Below, in pieces: positions 19,274 through 28,307 of a stretch of DNA of 64,000 nt (positions are counted from its first letter, which is position 1; each line of letters opens with the position of its first letter). This DNA comes from a virus (taxonomy: Duplodnaviria; Caudoviricetes). Position numbers and translations under genes: made by a program. The notes below the pieces were generated by a model. It did not search any database. It had not been told where the DNA came from and worked only from the letters and a program-made list of their open reading frames with translations. The stretch is taken from IMG/VR virus record IMGVR_UViG_3300033487_000003, positions 18,900 through 82,899 of that record; one strand, 5' to 3'.

Positions 19274-20283
19274 CGCAATTCGACCCGTACGCGCTTCTCG
19301 GCCGTGATCCGATCCAGATCAACCCCGACGGTTCGTACCTCACGGGCAAACGGGTTCTGGTCACCGGGGCTGGTGGGTCGATCGGATCCGTGATCTGTCG
19401 ACACGTCACCCGGTTCAACCCCGAAGAGCTGATCATGCTCGACCGGGACGAGTCCGCGCTTCACGCTGTCCAACTCGCCCTGACCGGTCGCGCCCTTCTC
19501 GCCGACGCGTCAACCATCCTCGGTGACCTCCGTGACCGTATGTGGATCTATCGGATTCTGACCCAACGGCGTCCCGAGATCGTGTTCCACGCGGCTGCCC
19601 TCAAGCACCAACCGCTCTTGGAGCGCTTCCCTGGTGAGGCGTTCAAGACCAACGTCCTCGGCACCCGGAACCTGGTACAGGCAGCGATGACCATCGGCGT
19701 AGGTGTCCTCGTGAACATCTCAACCGACAAGGCCGCTAACCCGTGCTGTGCGCTCGGTACGTCGAAGCGGATCGCCGAGCGCCTGGCATCCGGGTGTGCT
19801 CCCCGCCAGTACGTTTCCGTTCGGCTCGGCAACGTTCTCGGGTCGCGGGGATCGATACTGGAGACGTTCTCAGCCCAGTTGGATGCCGGCGTACCGCTGA
19901 CCGTGACCGACCCAGGCATGATGCGGTTCTTCATGACCGCTGACGAAGCGGTGTCCCTGATCGTGCACGCGGGGGCGATTGGGCGACCGGGTGAGGTGCT
20001 AGTACCCGACATGGGAACACCTGTACGAATCGTCGACATCGCCGAGCGGATGATATCCATGACCAGAGGAAATGGGAAGATCGCATACACGGGACTACGA
20101 CCAGGGGAGAAGGTGAACGAAGAACTTCTAGGGGCGGGGGAGCGCGACGAACGCCCATACCATCCGATGATCTCGCAGATTCCAGTTCCCGCGCTTACTT
20201 CGTCCGCGCTGAACATCGTCACGAGTTCCGACAACGGCTTTCCTGAGATCGCACAACAGATGATCACACTATGTAATCAATAA
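19270..20283 (+). CDS. UDP-N-acetylglucosamine 4,6-dehydratase, CapD/PglF/FlaA1-type (soluble catalytic domain only)
   Basis: VLVTGAGGSIGS, FHAAALKH, TNVLGT, STDKAANP, LGTSK, GNVLGSRGS, RFFMT, GLRPGEK. Confidence 0.92.
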   Translation: MTQFDPYALLGRDPIQINPDGSYLTGKRVLVTGAGGSIGSVICRHVTRFNPEELIMLDRDESALHAVQLALTGRALLADASTILGDLRDRMWIYRILTQRRPEIVFHAAALKHQPLLERFPGEAFKTNVLGTRNLVQAAMTIGVGVLVNISTDKAANPCCALGTSKRIAERLASGCAPRQYVSVRLGNVLGSRGSILETFSAQLDAGVPLTVTDPGMMRFFMTADEAVSLIVHAGAIGRPGEVLVPDMGTPVRIVDIAERMISMTRGNGKIAYTGLRPGEKVNEELLGAGERDERPYHPMISQIPVPALTSSALNIVTSSDNGFPEIAQQMITLCNQ

Positions 20284-20294
20284 GGAGGCGTTTG

Positions 20295-21005
20295 GTGAAC
20301 GACGAGCAAACGATCGCCCTGGTCATCATCGGCGACGGCCGCGACGACTACCTCCGGAAGTGCGTCACCTCACTGCACTACCTCTCCGGGCCCATCGTCG
20401 AACTGTGGATGTACGACGACACCGGAGACCCGATCTACCGCGACGACCTCGCCAGGCGATACCCGCCCTTTCGACACATCAACGGCGGACCACGCCAAGG
20501 CTGCGCAGGGGCATTTCAGCAGGTCTGGCGACAGGTCCGCAAAGACACCACGGCCCGGTTCGTGTTCCTCGTAGAGCAGGATTTCCGGTTCATCCGCCCG
20601 GTAGACCTCGTTGGAATGGCCGATCTCCTCGACGCTCGTCCGCACCTCGCCGAGGTAGCGCTACGTCGGCAGCCGTGGAACGAGGTCGAGAAAGCCGCCG
20701 GGGGCATCGTCGAGTCACACCCCGACTGGTACATCGACATGGAGGACGACGCCGGTCGGCAGTGGCTAGAGCAGGGCGCGTTCTTCACCACGAACTGTCC
20801 CTTGTTCCGCACGTCCCTTCTCGACGTCCCCTGGCCAGACTCGCGACCAGGCTGCTACTCCGAAGGCACCTTCCACCAACACCTCAAGATCCACGGAACA
20901 CCCGAGGTACCGGGAGATCAGGTCACCTACGCCTACTGGGGTGCCAGAGACTCCGGGGTATGGGTAGAACACATCGGCCAACACCGGATAGGAACAGGGT
21001 ACTGA
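20295..21005 (+). CDS. putative glycosyltransferase (GT-A)
   Basis: AAGGAGG RBS; MYDD, FLVEQDF, FTTNCPL, VEHIG..R.G.GY. Confidence 0.75.
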   Translation: MNDEQTIALVIIGDGRDDYLRKCVTSLHYLSGPIVELWMYDDTGDPIYRDDLARRYPPFRHINGGPRQGCAGAFQQVWRQVRKDTTARFVFLVEQDFRFIRPVDLVGMADLLDARPHLAEVALRRQPWNEVEKAAGGIVESHPDWYIDMEDDAGRQWLEQGAFFTTNCPLFRTSLLDVPWPDSRPGCYSEGTFHQHLKIHGTPEVPGDQVTYAYWGARDSGVWVEHIGQHRIGTGY

Positions 21006-21007
21006 TC

Positions 21008-21727
21008 ATGCTCACTGTCATCGTCCCCAGCCGTGGCCGTCCGGACGCGATGCTCGACCTGATCAATTCTGTGGTCGATACCCGACAGGTCGCCACGACG
21101 AACGTGGTGCTCGCCGTTGACGACACTGACCCGATGCTCGACCTGTACGAAGAAGTGGTCAACGTTCGACCAGACGTCAGCAGACTGGAGGTCGTACGCG
21201 GTGGGTGGATGGTCGCCGCCCTGAACGAGGCCGCCCAGCGAGTCGTGGCGGACCCAGCCGTAACCGCTGTCGGATTCCTCGGAGACGACCACCGACCACG
21301 CACGAAAGGCTGGGATGCCGCCTATCTGACCGCCCTACGACAGATGGGTGCGGGAATCGTCTACGGTGACGACCTTCTACAGCACGACTTCGTACCAACC
21401 CAGTGCGCGATGACAGCAGACATCATCCGACGAGTGGGATGGATGGCTCACCCGTCGCTACGGCACATGTACGTCGACACGCTGTGGCGAGACATGGCCA
21501 GAGGAGTCGGCAAGCTCCGCTACCTTCCGGACATCGTCGTTGAGCACCTTCACTACCTGAACGGAAAGGCGATCGAGGACGACGGCTACAAGCGCGTCAA
21601 CGACCCGCAGGTCTACAAGGCCGACGAGGATGCGTTTCGGCGACTCCACGCGACTGGGGTTGTCCGGTCGGCGTCCGAGGTGATCCGGCAGCTGGCGAAC
21701 GTCGCACTCAACCAAAAGGAAATGTAG
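21008..21727 (+). CDS. glycosyltransferase (GT2-like)
   Basis: VIVPSRGRP, ALNEAA, FLGDDH, GIVYGDD, H.YVD, EHLHY. Confidence 0.85.
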   Translation: MLTVIVPSRGRPDAMLDLINSVVDTRQVATTNVVLAVDDTDPMLDLYEEVVNVRPDVSRLEVVRGGWMVAALNEAAQRVVADPAVTAVGFLGDDHRPRTKGWDAAYLTALRQMGAGIVYGDDLLQHDFVPTQCAMTADIIRRVGWMAHPSLRHMYVDTLWRDMARGVGKLRYLPDIVVEHLHYLNGKAIEDDGYKRVNDPQVYKADEDAFRRLHATGVVRSASEVIRQLANVALNQKEM

Positions 21728-21822
21728 TGAGCATATACGAGTTCGTTATTCCATTACCAACTGTAATGGAATGTGGAAGATGTCAAAACGCACGCCGAAA
21801 CGTCGGAGGTGAGAAGTTGTGA
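21727..21822 (+). CDS. 31-aa peptide with CxxC, coupled at both ends
   Basis: TAGTG overlap upstream, GTGA overlap downstream; MSIYEFVIPLPTVMECGRCQNARRNVGGEKL. Confidence 0.45.
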   Translation: MSIYEFVIPLPTVMECGRCQNARRNVGGEKL

Positions 21823-22832
21823 AAGTTCTTGTGACAGGATCTTCTGGATTTGTTGGTCGGCACATGTGCGAGCAGCTAAAACGTCTCGGATGGGACGTTG
21901 TTGGTGTCGACCAGAATAAAAATCGTAACGTATTGCAGAAGTTGACATTTTCGTCTGACAGCATTTTTGATGAGGAAAAGCCTTGGAACGTGTTCGTGCA
22001 TTCTGATGTACGGACCATCTTCTGGGAACGCTGTCGTCCTTTCTCCGAGAATGTCTTCGACGAACTGGCGGAAACCAGATACGACCTGGTGGTGCACTGC
22101 GCCTACCACGTCGGTGGGCGGGCTGCGATCGATGGAAACCCGTCGCTCCTGGCTCTGAATCTGGAACTCGACGCGCGGCTGTTCGAGTGGGCGGTCCGTA
22201 CCCGACAGCGCGCGGTCATGTACTTCTCGTCGTCGGCGGTCTACCCGATCAAGTATCAGCAGGGCGGGAAGCAGCCACCGCTGTCTGAGCACCTGATCAG
22301 TGTTGATGGTCCGGTTCAGCCTGACGCGCGGTATGGGTGGGCGAAGTTGACCGGGGAACATCTGGCAGATGCTGCCACGACGCAGGGACTACGGGTCCAT
22401 GTGCTTCGGCCGTTCTCTGGGTATGGGGCTGACCAGGACGACACCTACCCGTTCCCAGCTATCTTGGCTCGGGTCCTTGCTGGTGACCTCTCCGTGTGGG
22501 GACCACCTGGTCAGATCCGTGACTGGATCCATATCGACGATGTGGTTGGTGGTGCGCTTGCGGTCTACGAGAAGGATTATCGGGAACCAGTCAATTTGTG
22601 TACCGGGGTTGGTACGGAGTTCGGCGTTCTGGCCACGATGATGGCGCGGCGATTAGGAATCGATGTCGGTGCTGTTGATCCCCGGGGGCGCGCTGAGCGG
22701 GTGACGTATCTAGAGGATCGACCAACGGGAGTATTGTGTCGGGTTGGTGATCCGACAAGGATGTTGAATATTTATGAGCCAGAGATTGGTCTTGATGAGG
22801 GAATTCGTCGCGCGATTGGTGACCTAACTTGA
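21819..22832 (+). CDS. NAD-dependent epimerase/dehydratase (extended SDR)
   Basis: VLVTGSSGFVG, FSSSAVY, YGWAK (YxxxK), RPFSGYG, RDWIHIDD. Confidence 0.92.
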   Translation: MKVLVTGSSGFVGRHMCEQLKRLGWDVVGVDQNKNRNVLQKLTFSSDSIFDEEKPWNVFVHSDVRTIFWERCRPFSENVFDELAETRYDLVVHCAYHVGGRAAIDGNPSLLALNLELDARLFEWAVRTRQRAVMYFSSSAVYPIKYQQGGKQPPLSEHLISVDGPVQPDARYGWAKLTGEHLADAATTQGLRVHVLRPFSGYGADQDDTYPFPAILARVLAGDLSVWGPPGQIRDWIHIDDVVGGALAVYEKDYREPVNLCTGVGTEFGVLATMMARRLGIDVGAVDPRGRAERVTYLEDRPTGVLCRVGDPTRMLNIYEPEIGLDEGIRRAIGDLT

Positions 22833-22936
22833 CCTGCGATCAGAGATCTTATGACACGATTCGATCCGAGACCGATGTGATCGAGGACATTGTGGGGAAT
22901 GGAATCAGTAAGACGCTCGCGGAGGTGTGGTCGTGA
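22829..22936 (+). CDS. 35-aa peptide coupled at both ends
   Basis: TTGA overlap upstream, GTGA overlap downstream; MTCDQRSYDTIRSETDVIEDIVGNGISKTLAEVWS. Confidence 0.35.
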   Translation: MTCDQRSYDTIRSETDVIEDIVGNGISKTLAEVWS

Positions 22937-23733
22937 AGGTCGTTGGTATCTCAATGGTCCGTAACGAAGCGGACATCATCGCACAAACCGTGCTTCATAT
23001 GGCGTATCACTGCGACCACCTGATCGTCTCCGACAACATGTCGGACGACGGCACCCGAGAGATCCTGGACTACCTCGCCGAAGACCTTCCCCTCGACGTC
23101 GTCACCGACTCGGATCCGGCGTACTACCAGTCCAGGAAGATGACTTCCCTTGCCGAGCTGGCCGCGACCAGGTTTGGCGACGAGGATCTGTGGATCGTTC
23201 CGTTCGATGCCGATGAACTGTGGAATCCGTGGGATGATCCGAACCAGCCGATCCGGGAACTACTGGTCGACCGACTGTGCTGCGTCGCGCAGGCCGCCCT
23301 GTTCGACTACCGGGCAACGGCCCTCGATCCCCCCGGGATCTATCCGGTGAAGACGATGCAGTGGTGTACGGCGAAACCCGCAGGGTTGCCGAAGGTCGCC
23401 TTCCGGTGGCAGGAAGGAGCGCGGATCCATCAGGGCAACCACGGGGTGGACCTACCCGACGGCGGGTCGACGGAGATCCTTCTCCGCGTCAACCACTTTC
23501 CCTACCGATCCGCGTCGCAGTTCGTGTCGAAGGCCCTTCAAGGCGCTGCCGCGTATGCGGCCACTGATCTGCCCGAGGACATGGGTGCACACTGGCGCGC
23601 ATACGGTCGGCTATACCAGACCTATGGGCAACAGGTCTTGGAGGATGTGTTCCGACAGTACTTCTGGACGTTGTCTCCGACAGATAGCGACCTGATCCAC
23701 CAGCCGGTCACCTACCACGGGGACGATCTGTGA
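22933..23733 (+). CDS. glycosyltransferase family 2 (Glyco_tranf_2_4-like)
   Basis: MVRNEADII, DNMSDDGT, PFDADE, HQGNH, HFPYRS. Confidence 0.88.
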   Translation: MKVVGISMVRNEADIIAQTVLHMAYHCDHLIVSDNMSDDGTREILDYLAEDLPLDVVTDSDPAYYQSRKMTSLAELAATRFGDEDLWIVPFDADELWNPWDDPNQPIRELLVDRLCCVAQAALFDYRATALDPPGIYPVKTMQWCTAKPAGLPKVAFRWQEGARIHQGNHGVDLPDGGSTEILLRVNHFPYRSASQFVSKALQGAAAYAATDLPEDMGAHWRAYGRLYQTYGQQVLEDVFRQYFWTLSPTDSDLIHQPVTYHGDDL

Positions 23734-24485
23734 CCAGCGTTGGTGTGGTGATCCCCTGGTACCAGAAAGGTCCGGATCCGTGGCGTGAGCGGGCACTGGC
23801 TCATGTGCGCGCCTGGTGGGACACGGCTTTTCCGGGGAGAGTCGTCCTTGGGACCATCAGTAGCGACGATGGACCATGGCGTAAGGGCCTCGCCGTACAC
23901 CGGGGGATCGCCGAACTCGACGCGGAGATCGTTGTGGTTTCCGACGCGGACGTGATTTGCGAGGGAGTAGACGACGCAATCGCTCAGATCAGCCGGTTTG
24001 ACGTCGGTTGGGCAATCCCGCATCGCATGGTCTGCCGACTGACGGCGGACGCCACGACCATGCTGCTACAGGACAACACCTACCCGCCTACTCCGACCCG
24101 CACCGGGGTAACAGGTCCCCACTACGCGGAGGTCTATCCTGGCGCTCCCGGTGGTGGCCTGGTCGTTCTCCCCCGAAGACTCCTGGAGGATGTTCCGATC
24201 GACCCGCGTTTCTGCGGCTGGGGTCAGGAGGACTACGCCTGGGCAAGGGCGCTGACGATGATCGCCGGACATCCGTGGCGAGGACGTTTCCCCCTGTTCC
24301 ATCTCTTCCATGAGCCACAGCAGCGAATGAGCCGAGGTATCGGCTCGTCGGACAGTCACAGATTGTGGCAGCGTTATCACACTGCCCCGAATCTTCCGGT
24401 CATGCTGGACCTGATCGAGGAAGCACGGAAGGCTCTCCACACGACGACCGAGAAGACATTGTCAGATCCGCTGGCTACAATCTAG
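23730..24485 (+). CDS. glycosyltransferase (GT2/GT7 galactosyltransferase-like)
   Basis: VVIPW, VVSDADV, GGGLVV, DPRFCGWGQED, HLFH. Confidence 0.88.
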   Translation: MTSVGVVIPWYQKGPDPWRERALAHVRAWWDTAFPGRVVLGTISSDDGPWRKGLAVHRGIAELDAEIVVVSDADVICEGVDDAIAQISRFDVGWAIPHRMVCRLTADATTMLLQDNTYPPTPTRTGVTGPHYAEVYPGAPGGGLVVLPRRLLEDVPIDPRFCGWGQEDYAWARALTMIAGHPWRGRFPLFHLFHEPQQRMSRGIGSSDSHRLWQRYHTAPNLPVMLDLIEEARKALHTTTEKTLSDPLATI

Positions 24486-24528
24486 ACTTGTCGTGGTCCT
24501 TGAGGGGCCGACGTCGAAACGCATTCAC

Positions 24529-24559
24529 ACAATGTCCCCGACCACGCCGGGGACATTGT
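24529..24559 (+). terminator. hairpin at right edge of glycosyltransferase cassette
   Basis: 12-bp stem acaatgtccccg/cggggacattgt. Confidence 0.65.
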
Positions 24560-24711
24560 CATTTCCGACCAGGGTATCTCGTGCTACCTTCCCATTAGCG
24601 ATCATGTGATCTGGTGCTGCTACGGTCCGGCTAGATCTTCCGATCGTGGGACGACGCACCAGCGCTGCCATGGTCCGGCTGGGTGTCGCGCTTCCGTGAG
24701 GAATCACGACC

Positions 24712-26481
<1,770 letters not shown>

Positions 26482-26522
26482 CCAGGAGCGACCGTAACCG
26501 ACCAGCTGAGAGACGGTGACCG

Positions 26523-27302
26523 ATGGCAATCACACCCAGGATGGTCGTCGATCCTCCAGAGCCCCGTGGTTTGCGGTACGGGCTGTTCGTCGTCGCCAAC
26601 GGCCCGAACGACCTCTTGCCGCACGGGGCTGCGGGTGGGGTGACCTACGACCCGGTGTCCTGCGGGCAGGCGCGCTACTACGACACGGCGTGCGGGGGTG
26701 ACGGGGGCGAGAAGACCTTCGACTCCAACGACGCGCTGATCACGGCGAACCCATTCACCGTGTACGCGTCGCTGACGTGCGGTTCCGCTGGTAGGACTGC
26801 GGCCGAACTGGAAACGAAGGTCCTGCGACGGCTGGCCAACGGAGAGCAGACGATCGCCGAGTACGGAATGGGTCTGGTTCTGGCAGCCGGTGCGACACCG
26901 CTCGCACCAGCTGACGGAACGATGACCGGGGTTGTCGCGGACCTTGAGGGCTGGCTGTACGGGATCGGCGGGGCCAACTACGGCAACGTTGGCTACCTGC
27001 ATGCCTCGTCCAGGATGGCCGCGTACGCGGCAGAAGAGAGCCTGGTGGTTCGTGACGGACCGCTGCTGAAGACCCCATTGGGATCGATCTGGTCTTTCGG
27101 TGGTGGCTATCCGGACAACGGAATGATCTACATCTCTGGTCAGGTGACCGTGTGGCGAACCCCGGGGATCTTCGTGACGCCACCTGGACAGGTCCTCAAT
27201 CTGACCACGAATCAGTACTACATGCTTGCTGAGCGGGAGTACGCGGTGGCGTACGACTGCGTGGCGGCATCAGCGGTATTCGATTGGATGCCACTTTCAT
27301 GA
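26523..27302 (+). CDS. conserved capsid-associated/minor structural protein
   Basis: Directly after MCP; RYGLF, PFTVYAS.TC, AEREY.V.YDC. Confidence 0.65.
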   Translation: MAITPRMVVDPPEPRGLRYGLFVVANGPNDLLPHGAAGGVTYDPVSCGQARYYDTACGGDGGEKTFDSNDALITANPFTVYASLTCGSAGRTAAELETKVLRRLANGEQTIAEYGMGLVLAAGATPLAPADGTMTGVVADLEGWLYGIGGANYGNVGYLHASSRMAAYAAEESLVVRDGPLLKTPLGSIWSFGGGYPDNGMIYISGQVTVWRTPGIFVTPPGQVLNLTTNQYYMLAEREYAVAYDCVAASAVFDWMPLS

Positions 27303-27553
27303 TCATTATCAAGAATGTTCCTGGGCTCACCACGCCCGAAGTCATGGCGGCGATCGCTGACCAGGTCCCACTCGAACAGGTCGAAACCGGCTATGGCGGA
27401 ATCGTCGTCAACGAACGCACCGCCCTGACCTTCCTTCAGCGATACCTCGCGGCGGTCGACGGCGAACCACTCAGTACGAGCGAGGTACCCCCACCAGAGG
27501 GAACAACCAGGGCGCGCAGCCCTCGGAAGAGGAAAGAGGAGGTGGCGCCATGA
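27299..27553 (+). CDS. hypothetical protein
   Basis: ATGA overlaps at both ends. Confidence 0.65.
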   Translation: MIIIKNVPGLTTPEVMAAIADQVPLEQVETGYGGIVVNERTALTFLQRYLAAVDGEPLSTSEVPPPEGTTRARSPRKRKEEVAP

Positions 27554-28248
27554 CGGCAACCTGCGACGAGTTCCTCCAGGGCTTCGCCGTTCGGCTGACC
27601 AAACTTGACACCTGTGGGGCGGTGGTCGCCGGAGCCTGCTCGACAGCCATCTCCGAGGGGTTCATCAAGGTTGAACTCGAAGCGGACGAGGCCGATGGTG
27701 AGGAGATCGAACAGACCCTAGCCAACGGAAAGCGCTGCTACTACCGCAAGACCGCTAAGCAGCTCAACGGGTACACGGTCAATATCGAATTCTGTAACGT
27801 GGACCCGGAGCTGTTCAACATCGCCACCGGCGTCAGTTTGATGCTCGACGATGCGGCATCGCCGGTGGCGCAGGGTTTCGCCGTCGACTCAGCTACCTAC
27901 GCCACGGCGCATTTCGCCCTGGAGATCTGGACGGATCTATCAGACGGTGGATGCCTGGACCCCAGTGGTCGCAAGTGGGGATACATGCTCCTACCGTGGC
28001 TGCACAACGGCACGGTGTCACCACCGACGATCGAGAACGGGTCGGCAAACTTCATCGTCAATGAGGCGATGACCCGCGACGGTAACCAGTGGGGTGTGGG
28101 GCCGTACAACATCCAGACCACTCAGCTGGGTGTGCCGTCGCCGTTGTTCTCCCCGATCACTTCGACGACGCACTACGTCCTGTATAAGGTAAACACCGCT
28201 CCGCCAACGGGAGTGTGTGGTTGTCAGACCCTGGTACTGCCCACCTGA
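27550..28248 (+). CDS. major tail protein
   Basis: RLTKLDTCG, FCNVDPELF, FALEIW, WGYMLLPW, WGVGPY; followed by terminator. Confidence 0.82.
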   Translation: MTATCDEFLQGFAVRLTKLDTCGAVVAGACSTAISEGFIKVELEADEADGEEIEQTLANGKRCYYRKTAKQLNGYTVNIEFCNVDPELFNIATGVSLMLDDAASPVAQGFAVDSATYATAHFALEIWTDLSDGGCLDPSGRKWGYMLLPWLHNGTVSPPTIENGSANFIVNEAMTRDGNQWGVGPYNIQTTQLGVPSPLFSPITSTTHYVLYKVNTAPPTGVCGCQTLVLPT

Positions 28249-28254
28249 TCGACC

Positions 28255-28290
28255 AGCCGGGGCACGGATAGTCATCTGTGCCCCGGCTTT
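28255..28290 (+). terminator. rho-independent terminator
   Basis: agccggggcacggat/atctgtgccccggct followed by ttt. Confidence 0.75.
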
Positions 28291-28307
28291 CCCAGGAGGG
28301 ACTGAGC

